A stretch of DNA of 32,000 nucleotides from Mycolicibacterium smegmatis (GCF_001457595.1 NZ_LN831039.1:3240001-3272000), one strand, 5' to 3'; shown: positions 1-9,908, counted from the first letter of the stretch. Made by a program: numbers and translations. The notes: generated by a model from the letters alone, not told the origin.

Positions 1-401
1 ACGATCTTCCACAGTTCGATCGCCTGCAGGATCGTCTTGTCGGTGTCGTGCGCCAGGCGCGGATCCACCTCGATGGACACCCGGCCGTCCACACCGTCGG
101 AGGCCTCGTACTCCTTGGCCAGCAGATCGCACGCGTTGCGCACGTCGTCGGTGGTGACCGTGCGGATGGTGGCGTCGACGTCGGCGCCACGCGCGGCCAA
201 CTCGTTGACCTGGGCGTCGTACGCGGTGCCCTTGGACAGTGCGGCCTGGAAGATCGACGGGTTGGTGGTGACACCGACAACGCTGCGGGTGTTGATCAGT
301 TCGGTGAGGTTGCCGGTCTGCAACCGGTCACGCGAGAGGTCGTCGAGCCACACGGATACGCCCGCGGCACTCAGCGCCGCGAGATTCGGGTTCTGAGCCA
401 T
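1..401 (-). CDS. tal: transaldolase, N-terminal part (3' end lies beyond the left edge of the window)
   Basis: Reverse-strand translation from ATG at 401 gives [58 protein letters not shown]..., the conserved actinobacterial transaldolase N-terminus. GAAGAGG Shine-Dalgarno lies 6 nt upstream. The gene starts 34 nt downstream of the tkt stop, as in the mycobacterial tkt-tal operon. It is not in the ORF track because there is no stop inside the window. Confidence 0.93.
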   Translation of the reverse strand, partial: MAQNPNLAALSAAGVSVWLDDLSRDRLQTGNLTELINTRSVVGVTTNPSIFQAALSKGTAYDAQVNELAARGADVDATIRTVTTDDVRNACDLLAKEYEASDGVDGRVSIEVDPRLAHDTDKTILQAIELWKI

Positions 402-435
402 GATTTGCCTCTTCTGCTAGTTGTTCGGTGCCCGA

Positions 436-2526
436 TCAGTTCTCGAGCGATCGCTCCGCCGCAGCGGCCACCGCTTCCGGGGTGAAACCGAACTCGCGGA
501 ACAACGTCTTGTCGTCGGCCGACTCGCCGTAGTGCTCGATCGAGACGATCTCGCCGGTGTCGCCGACCAGCTTGTACCAACTCTGCGCCACGGCGGCCTC
601 GACCGCCACACGCGCCGACACCGCGGGCGGGAGCACCGAGTCGCGGTATTCCTCGGGCTGCGACTCGAACCACTCGACGCACGGCATCGACACCACGCTG
701 GCGGTGATTCCCTTGTCCGCCAGGATCTTCTGCGCTCCCACCGCGAGCTGCAGCTCCGAACCGGTGCCGATGATCACGACATCCGGGTTCTTCTCGGGCG
801 TGCCGCCCAGCACGTATCCGCCGCGGGCCACACCCTCGGGGTCGGTGCCTTCGAGCACCGGGATCGGCTGGCGCGTCAGGATCATGCCGACCGGGCCGCT
901 GCTGGAGCCGCGCTCCAGCACGCTCTTCCACGCGTAGGCGGTCTCGTTGGGGTCACCCGGGCGCACCACCGACAGGTTCGGGATCGCGCGCAGTGCCGCG
1001 AGATGCTCGATCGGCTGGTGGGTCGGGCCGTCCTCACCGAGACCGATCGAATCGTGCGTCCACACGTAGATCGGGTCGATGTCCATCAATGAGGCCAAAC
1101 GCACCGCGGGCCGCATGTAATCCGAGAACTGCAGGAAGGTTCCGCCGTAGGCGCGCGTCGGGCCGTGCAGCACGATGCCGGACAGGATCGCGCCCATCGC
1201 GTGCTCACGCACACCGAAGTGCAGCGTGCGCCCGTACCAGGTGGCGTTCCAGTCCTCGGTGGAGATCGACGGGGGACCGAACGAGTTGGCGCCCTTGATC
1301 GTGGTGTTGTTGCTGCCCGCGAGGTCGGCCGAACCGCCCCACAGCTCGGGCAGCTTCGGCCCGACCGCGGAGAGCACGGCACCCGAGGCCGCGCGGGTCG
1401 CGACGGGCTTGGCGTCGAGGTCCCAGTGCGGCAGATCGGCGTCCCAGCCCTCGGGCAGCTTGCCTGCCAGCAGGCGGTCGAGCAGCTCCTTGCGCTCGGG
1501 CTCACGCTGGGCCCACTCGTCGAAGGACACCTGCCACTCGTCGTGGGCCTTCTTGCCGCGGGCGACGAGCTCGCGGGTGTGCGCGATCACCTCGTCGCGC
1601 ACCTCGAAGTTCTTCTCCGGATCGAAGCCGAGGATCTTCTTGGTGGCGGCGACCTCGTCGGCGCCGAGTGCCGAGCCGTGCACGCCGCCGGTGTTCATCT
1701 TGTTGGGCGCGGGGTAGCCGATGATGGTCCGCAGCGCGATGAACGACGGCTTGTCGGTGACCTTGCGGGCCTCTTCGAGCGCCTGCTCGATGCCGACGAC
1801 GTTCTCGCCGCCCTGCACTTCCTGCACGTGCCAGCCGTAGGCTCGGTAGCGCGCGACCACGTCCTCGCTGAAGGCGATGTCGGTGTTGTGCTCGATGGAG
1901 ATCTTGTTGTCGTCCCAGATGACGATCAGGTTGCCCAGCTGCTGCGTTCCGGCCAGCGACGACGCCTCGCTGGTGACGCCCTCCTCCATGTCGCCGTCGG
2001 AGGCGACGACGTAGATGTGGTGGTCGAACGGGCTGGTGCCGGGTGCGGCGTCGGGATCGAACAGGCCGCGCTCGTAGCGGGCGGCCATCGCCATGCCGAC
2101 GGCCGAGGCCAGACCCTGGCCGAGCGGCCCGGTGGTGATCTCGACGCCCTTGGTGTGGCGGAACTCGGGGTGGCCCGGGGTCTTGGAACCCCACGTGCGC
2201 AGCGATTCGATGTCGGAGAGCTCCAGACCGAAGCCACCGAGGTAGAGCTGGATGTACAGCGTCAGGCTCGAATGCCCGCAGGACAGGATGAAGCGGTCGC
2301 GACCCAGCCAGTGCGTGTCGCTGGGGTCATGGCGCATCTGCCGCTGGAACAGCGTGTACGCGAGCGGCGCGAGGCTCATCGCCGTACCCGGGTGGCCGTT
2401 GCCGACCTTCTGTACCGCGTCAGCCGCGAGCACCCGTGCCGTGTCGACGCTGAGCGTGTCGAGATCGGTCCAATCGTCGGGGTGGTTGGGCTGGGTGAGA
2501 GCGGTGATCTCTTCGGCCGTGGTCAC
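436..2526 (-). CDS. tkt: transketolase
   Basis: 696-aa ORF with GTG start and AGGAG 6 nt upstream. It carries the thiamine-diphosphate enzyme hallmarks (GHPG..., [27 protein letters not shown]) and is collinear with Rv1449c. Confidence 0.97.
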   Translation of the reverse strand: MTTAEEITALTQPNHPDDWTDLDTLSVDTARVLAADAVQKVGNGHPGTAMSLAPLAYTLFQRQMRHDPSDTHWLGRDRFILSCGHSSLTLYIQLYLGGFGLELSDIESLRTWGSKTPGHPEFRHTKGVEITTGPLGQGLASAVGMAMAARYERGLFDPDAAPGTSPFDHHIYVVASDGDMEEGVTSEASSLAGTQQLGNLIVIWDDNKISIEHNTDIAFSEDVVARYRAYGWHVQEVQGGENVVGIEQALEEARKVTDKPSFIALRTIIGYPAPNKMNTGGVHGSALGADEVAATKKILGFDPEKNFEVRDEVIAHTRELVARGKKAHDEWQVSFDEWAQREPERKELLDRLLAGKLPEGWDADLPHWDLDAKPVATRAASGAVLSAVGPKLPELWGGSADLAGSNNTTIKGANSFGPPSISTEDWNATWYGRTLHFGVREHAMGAILSGIVLHGPTRAYGGTFLQFSDYMRPAVRLASLMDIDPIYVWTHDSIGLGEDGPTHQPIEHLAALRAIPNLSVVRPGDPNETAYAWKSVLERGSSSGPVGMILTRQPIPVLEGTDPEGVARGGYVLGGTPEKNPDVVIIGTGSELQLAVGAQKILADKGITASVVSMPCVEWFESQPEEYRDSVLPPAVSARVAVEAAVAQSWYKLVGDTGEIVSIEHYGESADDKTLFREFGFTPEAVAAAAERSLEN

Positions 2527-2770
2527 GACTCACTCCTAATTCATCTTCGTGATCGAACTTGCACTTGCTTCTTCACCAAACACCCTAGTGTGGTCCGGCC
2601 CATCCGATGCATGTCGGCCATCGGCGAATACTGGGGATTCGTCTACCCGGATTTCGCCGCGCCGACGCCGGGCCGAGCGCCAACCGACCCTGCGATTCGG
2701 AGCTTGCGCGGCGGCCGTCTACCATCGTCCGTAGTAGAAGCCACGTGACGCCACCTGAGGAGTTATTTGC

Positions 2771-3697
2771 GTGAGCATTCGCGAGCGCCGGCTCATCAGC
2801 TGGACGCCACGCCGAATCCGGACCACTTTCCTGGCCTATTTGGCGCTGACGAAGCCGCGGGTCATCGAGCTGTTGCTCGTCACGACCATCCCGGCCATGT
2901 TGTTGGCGGACCGGGGCACCGTTGACCCGCTGCTGATCCTGAACACCCTGGTCGGCGGCATGCTGGCCGCGGCAGGCGCCAACACGCTGAACTGCGTCGC
3001 CGATGCCGACATCGACAAGGTCATGAAGCGCACCGCGCGCAGGCCGCTGGCCAGGGCGACGGTGCCCACGCGGCACGCGTTGATCTTCGGCCTGGTGCTG
3101 ACGGTGACGTCGTTCTGCTGGCTGTGGTTGTCCACCAACCTGCTGTCCGGGCTTCTCGCGGTCGCCACGATCGCGTTCTACGTCTTCGTCTACACCATGC
3201 TGCTCAAGCGCCGCACCTCGCAGAACGTGGTGTGGGGCGGTGCCGCGGGCTGCATGCCGGTGATGATCGGCTGGTCGGCGGTCACGGGCACCATCCAGTG
3301 GCCGGCGCTGGTGATGTTCCTCATCATCTTCTTCTGGACGCCACCGCACACGTGGGCCCTGGCGATGCGCTACAAGGACGACTACAAGGCCGCCGGTGTG
3401 CCGATGCTGCCCGCGGTCGCCACCGAGCGCCAGGTGACCCGGCAGATCCTCATCTACACGTGGCTGACCGTGCTCACCACGCTGGTGCTCGCGCTGGCCA
3501 CCGGATGGCTGTACGGCGCGGTGGCGCTGCTGGCAGGTGCCTGGTTCCTGGTGATGGCCCACCAGTTGTACTCCGGTGTGAAACGCGGCGAGCCGGTCAA
3601 GCCGCTGCGGCTGTTCCTGCAGTCCAACAACTACCTGGCCGTGGTGTTCTGCGCGCTGGCCATCGACTCGGCGCTGGCGCTCCCCACCCTGCTGTAG
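2771..3697 (+). CDS. ctaB: protoheme IX farnesyltransferase (heme O synthase)
   Basis: 308-aa polytopic membrane ORF with GTG start and GAGGAG 8 nt upstream. It has UbiA-family motifs ([27 protein letters not shown]) and sits divergent from tkt as Rv1451 does. Confidence 0.95.
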   Translation: MSIRERRLISWTPRRIRTTFLAYLALTKPRVIELLLVTTIPAMLLADRGTVDPLLILNTLVGGMLAAAGANTLNCVADADIDKVMKRTARRPLARATVPTRHALIFGLVLTVTSFCWLWLSTNLLSGLLAVATIAFYVFVYTMLLKRRTSQNVVWGGAAGCMPVMIGWSAVTGTIQWPALVMFLIIFFWTPPHTWALAMRYKDDYKAAGVPMLPAVATERQVTRQILIYTWLTVLTTLVLALATGWLYGAVALLAGAWFLVMAHQLYSGVKRGEPVKPLRLFLQSNNYLAVVFCALAIDSALALPTLL

Positions 3698-3716
3698 AGC
3701 GGCTGCTGTAGCCGGT

Positions 3717-3743
3717 GGGGCGGCGACACCGGGCCGCCGCCCC
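3717..3743. terminator. GC-rich hairpin between convergent ctaB and qor (possible bidirectional, U-tract-less terminator)
   Basis: GGGGCGGCG (3717-3725), a 9-nt loop, then CGCCGCCCC (3735-3743), giving perfect 9-bp arms. It sits in the 52-nt gap between the two stop codons. No U-run follows. Confidence 0.45.
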
Positions 3744-3749
3744 CGCCAC

Positions 3750-4730
3750 TCACGGGATCAGGACGATCGAACCGACGGTCTTGCGGCCCTGCAGATCGGT
3801 GTGCGCGCGCGAGGCCTCGGCCAACGGGTACGTGCCACCCACGGTGATCTTGATGGAGCCGTCGGCGATCGCGTTGATCAACTCACCCGCGCGCCACGAG
3901 AACTCGTCGGCCGTGCGGGTGTGGTGCGCCAGCGTGGGCCGCGTCAGGAACACCGACCCCGCGGCGTTGAGCCGCTGCGGGTCGAACGGCGGCACCGGGC
4001 CGCTCGACGCGCCGAACAGCGCGAGAGTGCCGCGCACCGCGAGGCTCGCCAGGCTCGCGTCGAACGTCGTCGCGCCCACGCCGTCGTACACCGCGGCCAC
4101 ACCCGCACCGCCCGTGAGCTCACGGACCCGCGACGCGAACGGCTGCGGATCGTCGGGGTCCGGGTAGTCCAGCACCTCGACCGCGCCCGCCTGACGCGAC
4201 AGTTCGGCCTTCTCGGGTGTCGAGGCCGTGGTGATCACACGGGTCCCCAGGCTCGTCGCCCACTGCGTGAGGATGAGCCCGACGCCGCCCGCGCCGGCGT
4301 GCACCAGGACGGTGTCCGACGGCTGCACCGGGTAGGTGGACTTCAGCAGGTAGTGCGCGGTCATACCCTTGAGCAGCGCCGAGGCGACCGCCTCGGGCGC
4401 GACGCCGTCGGGAACGTAGGCGACGAAATCGGCAGGGGCGACGCAGTAGTCGGCGTAGGCGCCCACGGCGTTGGCCGTCACCACACGGTCACCGACCTTC
4501 AGGGCCGCGACGTCGTTGCCGATGGCGGCCACCGTGCCGCACACCTCGGTTCCGACGACGAACGGCAACTCCCGGGGATACAGCCCTGACCGGAAGTAGG
4601 TGTCGATGAAATTGACGCCGATCGCGTCGGCTTTGATCAGAACCTCGCCGGGCCCGGGGGAGGGCTCGGGGCGTTCGACGTAGTTGAGGACTTCGGGTCC
4701 GCCGGTCTCGGCGACTTCGATGGCATGCAC
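3750..4730 (-). CDS. qor: NADPH:quinone oxidoreductase (zeta-crystallin type MDR)
   Basis: This is the C-terminal 326 codons of the 639-aa track ORF. Translation from GTG 4730 reads MHAIEVAETGGPEVL...GVNFIDTYFRSGLYP...HAGAGGVG, matching my recollection of the Rv1454c N-terminus (MHAIEV). An in-frame ATG at 4742 is an alternative start. The upstream 300 codons of the track ORF are Arg/Gly-rich shadow overlapping the opposite-strand gene. Confidence 0.9.
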   Translation of the reverse strand: MHAIEVAETGGPEVLNYVERPEPSPGPGEVLIKADAIGVNFIDTYFRSGLYPRELPFVVGTEVCGTVAAIGNDVAALKVGDRVVTANAVGAYADYCVAPADFVAYVPDGVAPEAVASALLKGMTAHYLLKSTYPVQPSDTVLVHAGAGGVGLILTQWATSLGTRVITTASTPEKAELSRQAGAVEVLDYPDPDDPQPFASRVRELTGGAGVAAVYDGVGATTFDASLASLAVRGTLALFGASSGPVPPFDPQRLNAAGSVFLTRPTLAHHTRTADEFSWRAGELINAIADGSIKITVGGTYPLAEASRAHTDLQGRKTVGSIVLIP

Positions 4731-4736
4731 GCCACC

Positions 4737-4742
4737 TATCAT
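4737..4742 (+). promoter_or_regulatory. -10-like hexamer TATCAT for a leaderless ATP-grasp transcript
   Basis: The TANNNT hexamer ends 6 nt before GTG 4749. Confidence 0.35.
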
Positions 4743-4748
4743 CCACTC

Positions 4749-5708
4749 GTGAAGCTCGCCCGTCCGGATGTGTTCCATCCCCGCGTCGTCCTCGCGTCCT
4801 GCCCGGCTTTGCCAGAAGGCGACGGCGACGACGACGGGCTCGTGGCCGCGCTGCGTCATCGCGGTCTGCATGCCCGGTGGCTGTCGTGGGACGACCCGGA
4901 GACCCTGGACGCGGATGTGGTGATCCTGCGGGCCACGTGGGACTACACCGAGCGCCTGCCGGAGTTCCTGTCGTGGACCCGTTCGGTGCGCAATCTGCTC
5001 AACGCCCCTGAGATCGTCGAGTGGAACACCGACAAGCGCTATCTCGGCGATCTCGCGCGCCTCGGTGTGCCGGTGGTGCCGACGGCGTTCTTCGCGGTCG
5101 GTGAAGAGGTGCAGATCCCGGCGGGGCCGGGCGGCAGGCTCGACGGCGAGATCGTGGTGAAACCGGCCGTGGGCGCCGGGTCGGCCGGGGCGTTGCGGTT
5201 CTCCGACCGTGTCGGGGCGCTCGCGCACGCCGTAGCGCTGCAGGGACAGGGCAAGGCGGTGCTGGTGCAGCCCTACGATCCCCGGATCGCCGATGGCGAG
5301 ACCGCGCTGGTGTTTCTCGGCGGCGAGGAGTCGCACGCGTTCACCAAGGGCCCGCTGCTGCCGCCGCCCGGTCAGTCGCCCGCCTTCGACCCGTCGGGCA
5401 CCTACGCCGAGGAGACGCTGTGGCCTGCCGATCCCGACGAGCAGGTGTGGCGCGTCGGCAGACTCGCGGTGTGGGCGGTGACGCGGTTGTTCGACATCGA
5501 ACCCGAGGACCTGCTGTACGCGCGGGTCGATGTGATCGGCGGCAGGGACGATCCGCGCCTGCTCGAGCTGGAACTCGTCGAACCGTCGCTGGGTTTCCGC
5601 CAGCTCGCCGCCGATGCGCGGGCCGGTGCCGAGCGTGAGTTCGCACTCGGTGTCGAGCGCGCGCTGCAACGTTTCGGGCTCGGGCCGCTGTCACACCGCA
5701 GCACCTGA
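4749..5708 (+). CDS. ATP-grasp fold protein of unknown substrate (Rv1455-like conserved hypothetical)
   Basis: RimK/glutathione-synthetase-like pattern: WNTDKRYL, IVVKPAVGAGSAG, ARVDVIG...LLELELVEPSL. Position next to qor matches Rv1455. The start is uncertain: GTG 4749 has TATCAT exactly 6 nt upstream (leaderless geometry), and ATG 4725 and GTG 4770 are in-frame alternatives. Confidence 0.75.
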   Translation: MKLARPDVFHPRVVLASCPALPEGDGDDDGLVAALRHRGLHARWLSWDDPETLDADVVILRATWDYTERLPEFLSWTRSVRNLLNAPEIVEWNTDKRYLGDLARLGVPVVPTAFFAVGEEVQIPAGPGGRLDGEIVVKPAVGAGSAGALRFSDRVGALAHAVALQGQGKAVLVQPYDPRIADGETALVFLGGEESHAFTKGPLLPPPGQSPAFDPSGTYAEETLWPADPDEQVWRVGRLAVWAVTRLFDIEPEDLLYARVDVIGGRDDPRLLELELVEPSLGFRQLAADARAGAEREFALGVERALQRFGLGPLSHRST

Positions 5709-5720
5709 GCGCAGCCGGAT

Positions 5721-6788
5721 CTAGTCGGGCAGGCGGGTGCCGGTCGCGATATCGAAGCGGTGCACGTCGCGTGCGGACAGTTCGACCGCTGTGCCCGTGG
5801 GGATCTCGGACAGCGACGGGGCGTCCACCACGCTGGTGAGCCGGAGTTCGCCGGAACGCACCGTGACGATCGCGCGGGGACCGAGCAGTTCGACGAGTTC
5901 GACGGTGGGCGCGGCCGAAGCGGTTGTGGCGGTGGTCTGGACGGGCCGCAGGGTCAAATCGTCGGGCCGCACGCCGACGGTCACCGCTGCGGCATCGGGC
6001 CCGCCGACGCGGATCCGCAAACCGGATTCGGTGCGCAGTTCACCGCCGCTGACCGCGCCGTCGACGAGGTTCATCTTGGGGCTGCCGACGAACGTCGCGA
6101 CGAACGTGTCGGCGGGCCGGCGATAGACCTCCTCGGGCGGTCCGGCCTGTGCGATCTGGCCGTCGCGCATCACCACGATGCGGTCGGACAGCGTCATCGC
6201 CTCTTCCTGGTCGTGCGTGACGTACAGCGACGTGATGCCGAGTCTGCGCTGCAGGCGCAGCAATTCGGTGCGCGTCTCCACGCGCAGCTTGGCGTCGAGG
6301 TTGCTCAGGGGCTCGTCGAACAGGAACACCGCGGGTTCGCGGATGATCGCGCGGCCGATCGCGACGCGCTGCTGCTGACCGCCGGATAGGTCCTTGGGTT
6401 TGCGTGACACCAGCGCACCCAGACCGAGCGACGCGGCGATGTCGTCGGCCCGCTTGAGCGCCTCGGCGCGGGGAGTCTTGGTGGCGCGCAGCGGAAACGC
6501 GATGTTCTCCCGCACCGTGAGATGTGGGTACAGCGCATAGTTCTGGAACACCATCGCGATGTCGCGGTCGCGCGGTTCGAGCCTGGTCACGTCGCGGTCG
6601 CCGATGTGGATGGTGCCCGAGGTCACCGGTTCCAGGCCCGCGAGCATCCGCAGCGAGGTGGTCTTGCCGCAGCCCGACGGCCCGACCAGCACGGTCAGGC
6701 TGCCGTCGGCGAGTTCCAGGTCGAGGTCCTTGACCACCGTGACTGCGCCATAGGACTTCTCGACCTTGGAGAAGGTCACCGATGCCAT
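5721..6788 (-). CDS. carbohydrate ABC transporter ATP-binding protein (MalK/UgpC/SugC type)
   Basis: 355 aa with Walker A GPSGCGKTT, signature LSGGQQQRVAIGRA, Walker B FLFDEPLSNLD, and a C-terminal MalK-like regulatory (TOBE) extension. Confidence 0.93.
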   Translation of the reverse strand: MASVTFSKVEKSYGAVTVVKDLDLELADGSLTVLVGPSGCGKTTSLRMLAGLEPVTSGTIHIGDRDVTRLEPRDRDIAMVFQNYALYPHLTVRENIAFPLRATKTPRAEALKRADDIAASLGLGALVSRKPKDLSGGQQQRVAIGRAIIREPAVFLFDEPLSNLDAKLRVETRTELLRLQRRLGITSLYVTHDQEEAMTLSDRIVVMRDGQIAQAGPPEEVYRRPADTFVATFVGSPKMNLVDGAVSGGELRTESGLRIRVGGPDAAAVTVGVRPDDLTLRPVQTTATTASAAPTVELVELLGPRAIVTVRSGELRLTSVVDAPSLSEIPTGTAVELSARDVHRFDIATGTRLPD

Positions 6789-6808
6789 TGTCTTCTAACC
6801 TCGCTTGT

Positions 6809-7624
6809 CTAGTACTTGACCGCGCCGCCGCTGATCCCCTGGACCAGGCGTCGCTGGATGAAGAAGCTCGCGATCACGACGGGGATGATGGCGATCATGA
6901 TGGCCGCGCTCATGGTCCCGATCTGGACGCCGCGGAACGTGTTGAAGTTCGCGATCGCCACGGGCAGGATCGCGGCGTTTCCCGGTGCCAGGATCAGGCC
7001 GTAGAACAGGTCGTTCCACGACAGCGTGAACCCGAAGATGCCCGCGGCGCCGATGCCCGGATACACCTGTGGCAGCACCACCATCCGGAACGCCTGCCAG
7101 CGGGTGAACCCGTCCACGCGGGCCTGCTCCTCCAGCGAGGGCGGCACGGCCTCGAAGAACCCGATGAGAAACCATGTGACGAGCGGTAATACGAACGACA
7201 GGTGCGCGAAGATCACCGGCGCCAGCGTGTCGGTCAGCCGCAGCGCGTGCGCCATGGTCAGGAACGGGAACACCATGACCGCGGGCGGCACCACCTGCGC
7301 GGCCAGCATGCCGAAGCGCGTGAGTGAGCCGCCGGCACGGTATTTCGCGATCACGTAGGCACCCATGCTGCCGACGATCAGGCTGATGCTCACCGTGACG
7401 ACGCCGACCAGCGCGCTGCGGCCGGCCGCGGCGAAGATGCCCGAATCCAGCACGGCCTGCCAGTTGTCGAGCGTCGGGCGGAACACGAACAGGAACGGTT
7501 CGCTCATCTGCGCGGGCGATTTGAAGCTCGCGAGCGTGACCCACACGATCGGGAACAGCACGAAGAGGAACGCGACGGTGAGCACCGTGATGCGAAGCGT
7601 CTCCAACCAGCGCGGCCGGCTCAT
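6809..7624 (-). CDS. carbohydrate ABC transporter permease (MalG-like)
   Basis: Internal ATG at 7624 of the 400-aa track ORF gives MSRPRWLETLRITVLTVAFLF..., a six-helix permease with an EAA-type loop (EEQARVDGFTRWQAFRMVVLP). Its ATG overlaps the TGA of the upstream permease (ATGA, 7621-7624). Confidence 0.9.
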   Translation of the reverse strand: MSRPRWLETLRITVLTVAFLFVLFPIVWVTLASFKSPAQMSEPFLFVFRPTLDNWQAVLDSGIFAAAGRSALVGVVTVSISLIVGSMGAYVIAKYRAGGSLTRFGMLAAQVVPPAVMVFPFLTMAHALRLTDTLAPVIFAHLSFVLPLVTWFLIGFFEAVPPSLEEQARVDGFTRWQAFRMVVLPQVYPGIGAAGIFGFTLSWNDLFYGLILAPGNAAILPVAIANFNTFRGVQIGTMSAAIMIAIIPVVIASFFIQRRLVQGISGGAVKY

Positions 7625-8484
7625 CGGGACGGGGTCCTCTCTCGCGTGCGCTCCATGGTCCGGAACGCCACCACGATCACCGCGAGCACCAGCACGAGCA
7701 CGATGAACGCCATGGCGCTGGCCTGCGCCAGCCGGAAGAACTGGATGCCTTCGAGATACATGTAGTACTGCAGGGTCTGGGTTTCGGTGCCCGGGCCGCC
7801 ACGCGTGGTCGCGTAGACGTACTCGAAGACTCGCAGCGCGTCGAGTCCGCGCAGCAGCACGGCCACCGTCAGCACGGGGGCCAGCATCGGGATCAGCACG
7901 CGGCGCAACCGGTACACCGGCCCCGCGCCGTCCACGCGCGCGGCCTCCATGGGTTGCTTGGGCATCGATTCCAGCCCGGCGAGGATCAGCAGCACCATGA
8001 ACGGCGTCCACTGCCAGATGTCGATGAACGCCAGTGTCAGCAGCGCCCGTCCGGAACCGAAGAAGTCGTGGTCGGCGCCTACGGCGTGCAGCAGTGCGGG
8101 CACGGCGCCGATCTGGTCGTTGAGCAGGAACCGGAAGATCAGGCCCACGGCGATCGGGGTGATGAACATCGGCGCCAGCACGATCGCGCGCGACAGGTCC
8201 TTGGCCCAGCGCTGCTGGTGCAGCGCGAGCGCGAGGGCGAAACCGATGACCAGCTCACCGCACACCGCGATCACGACGTAGGTCGCGGTGGTCGCGAAGG
8301 CCTCCCAGAACGCCGGATTGCTCAGCGCGGTCGCGAAATTCGCGGTTCCGACGAAATCGGGGGGTTCGCGGTCGGTGAGCTTGTAGTCGGTGACGGACAG
8401 GTAGGCCGCGTAGCACAGCGGGAATCCGACGGCCACGGCGAACAGGGCCAGCAGCGGCATGAGCATGCCGTACTTGAACTTCAT
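7621..8484 (-). CDS. carbohydrate ABC transporter permease (MalF-like)
   Basis: Start is taken at ATG 8484 (MKFKYGMLMPLLALF...). It has the EAA loop MEAARVDGAGPVYRLRRVLIPML. The 26 extra N-terminal codons of the track ORF would run into the solute-binding protein gene's 3' region. Confidence 0.88.
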   Translation of the reverse strand: MKFKYGMLMPLLALFAVAVGFPLCYAAYLSVTDYKLTDREPPDFVGTANFATALSNPAFWEAFATTATYVVIAVCGELVIGFALALALHQQRWAKDLSRAIVLAPMFITPIAVGLIFRFLLNDQIGAVPALLHAVGADHDFFGSGRALLTLAFIDIWQWTPFMVLLILAGLESMPKQPMEAARVDGAGPVYRLRRVLIPMLAPVLTVAVLLRGLDALRVFEYVYATTRGGPGTETQTLQYYMYLEGIQFFRLAQASAMAFIVLVLVLAVIVVAFRTMERTRERTPSR

Positions 8485-8524
8485 CTGCGGCCTTTTCTCG
8501 ACGTGGCCGCCGGGTTCCCCCAGG

Positions 8525-9853
8525 TCACTTCTGGATCCGCTCCACCGCGGCCTGGGCGTCACGCAGCGCGTCGGCGACGCTCTTGTTACCGGCGGCGGCG
8601 TCGTTGAGCTCGGTGCCCACCGCCTGGATCATCTCCTCGCCGCCCTTGCCCTGTGTGAGCGGGGCTGCGTCGCTGAGGATCTCACCGACCACGCGGTAGT
8701 AGTCCTCGCCGTACCCGTCCTTGAGCACCTTCTCGTTGGTCAGCGAGCTCTCGCGGACCACCGCACCACCCTTGGCGACCCGCTCGGCGTCGATCTCGGG
8801 CGAGGTGATCCACGAGATGAACGCCCACGCGGCGTCCGAGGCGGCCGAGTTGGCCGGGATGGCCCAGCTCCACAGGCCGAGCGCCGACTTGCCGCCCGGG
8901 ATCGGCGCCAGCGCGAACTGGCCCGCGCGCTCGCCGGACGCCCCGGCGGGGTCGTTGAGTGCGGGCAGGTTCCAGTTGTAGCCGACCATCGACGCGGCCT
9001 TGCCGCTGGAGACCGAGCGGAACGCCTCGTCGAAGCCCCACGCCAGGCTGTTGGCCGGAGCGGCGGTGCGGTAGGTCTCGATGTAGGCGTCGAGTGCGCG
9101 GGCGGCCTGTTCGGTGTCGAGCGTCGGGTTGCCGTCCTTGTCGTAGATGGACCCGCCCGCGGCGAACAGCCAGTTGGCCCATTCCTCGAAGATCTTGTAA
9201 CCACGCTGCGGTTGCATCGCGATGCCGGCGCGATCGGCGGTCTTGAGCTGCTGCGAGGTGCGCACCAGCGCGTCGAGGTCGGTGGGCACCGACGCGCCCG
9301 CGGCGGCCAGGTCGTCCTTGTTGTAGATGTAGCCCAGCGCGTAGTTGTAGAACGGCACGCCGTAGGTGGTGCCGTCGACGTCGGTGATGTCGGTCAGCGA
9401 CGGGAAGAAGTCGTCGGGCCGGAAGTCGGTGGTCGCGGCGATGCGCTCGTCGAGCGGCTGCAAAAAGCCCGCGTCGGCGAAATCGTCCATCCACGGGTTG
9501 TCCACCACGATGAGGTCGTACGCCGGTTGCGCGGCCTGGAACGACGACACCAGCCGGTCCCGCATCTGGTCGAACGTCATGGTCTCGATGTCGACCTTGA
9601 TGTCGGGGTACTTCTCGTTGAACTGCCCGACGAGGCCCTGCACGATGTCGGTGTCGGGCACGTTCTCCATCAGCACACGGACGGTGGCCGAGGTATCGGT
9701 GGGCACGTCGCCCACACCCGAGGTCGCTTCGTCGTTGGCGGGACCACCGGTTCCGGCGCAACCGGACAGCACCAGACCGGCGGCCACGGACATCGCGGTG
9801 ATCGCGGTGATCGCCGGCCGCCTGCGGCGCCGGCGCAGTTGTGGAATCTTCAT
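8525..9853 (-). CDS. extracellular solute-binding lipoprotein, ABC carbohydrate family 1
   Basis: Internal ATG 9853 gives MKIPQLRRRRRRPAITAITAMSVAAGLVLSGCAGTGG..., a signal peptide with lipobox LSGC. The mature part has the typical family-1 sugar-binding protein pattern. The upstream 148 codons of the track ORF are shadow over the SDR gene. Confidence 0.9.
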   Translation of the reverse strand: MKIPQLRRRRRRPAITAITAMSVAAGLVLSGCAGTGGPANDEATSGVGDVPTDTSATVRVLMENVPDTDIVQGLVGQFNEKYPDIKVDIETMTFDQMRDRLVSSFQAAQPAYDLIVVDNPWMDDFADAGFLQPLDERIAATTDFRPDDFFPSLTDITDVDGTTYGVPFYNYALGYIYNKDDLAAAGASVPTDLDALVRTSQQLKTADRAGIAMQPQRGYKIFEEWANWLFAAGGSIYDKDGNPTLDTEQAARALDAYIETYRTAAPANSLAWGFDEAFRSVSSGKAASMVGYNWNLPALNDPAGASGERAGQFALAPIPGGKSALGLWSWAIPANSAASDAAWAFISWITSPEIDAERVAKGGAVVRESSLTNEKVLKDGYGEDYYRVVGEILSDAAPLTQGKGGEEMIQAVGTELNDAAAGNKSVADALRDAQAAVERIQK

Positions 9854-9908
9854 CTGTTCTCGCTTTTCTGGTGGGGGATGGGCAGTTGAGCGTGACGGGC
9901 GATCAGGC

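Noticed and set aside
1165-2748. Very long ORFs antisense to real genes. Examples are 1165-2748(+) opposite tkt, 8459-9889(+) opposite the SBP gene, 10727-12256(+) opposite the kinase, 20118-21377(-) opposite sufB, 23421-24686(-) opposite sufS, and 17550-18599(-)/18449-19279(+) over mptB.
   Set aside because: These are typical high-GC shadow ORFs. Their translations are Arg/Gly/Asp/His/Pro-rich and low-complexity with no motifs. The opposite or alternative frame encodes unmistakable conserved proteins.
2527-2770. The 244-bp tkt/ctaB divergent spacer as a possible small RNA or riboswitch. It contains a small hairpin CCGATG-9 nt-CATCGG at 2604-2624, TAGGGT and TACCAT -10-like hexamers, and a 2-codon ATG-AAT-TAG overlapping the tkt RBS.
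   Set aside because: The stem is short, there is no conserved riboswitch core that I recognise, and two divergent promoters plus leaders adequately explain the length.
3750-5669. N-terminal extensions of track ORFs: qor to 5669, permease to 8011, SBP to 10297, SDR to 11273, DeoR to 14931, sufD from 21290, sufU from 23966, ABC-2 permease to 16677.
   Set aside because: The extended parts overlap neighbouring well-supported genes and have Arg-rich nonsense composition. Internal starts give canonical N-termini, RBS, or ATGA/GTGA coupling, so these ORFs were trimmed.
9770-9853. Run of six arginines in the SBP signal peptide as a twin-arginine (Tat) export signal.
   Set aside because: RRRRRRPAITAI does not fit the S/T-R-R-x-F-L-K consensus well. 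It cannot be distinguished from a Sec lipoprotein signal without a predictor. Only the lipobox is called.
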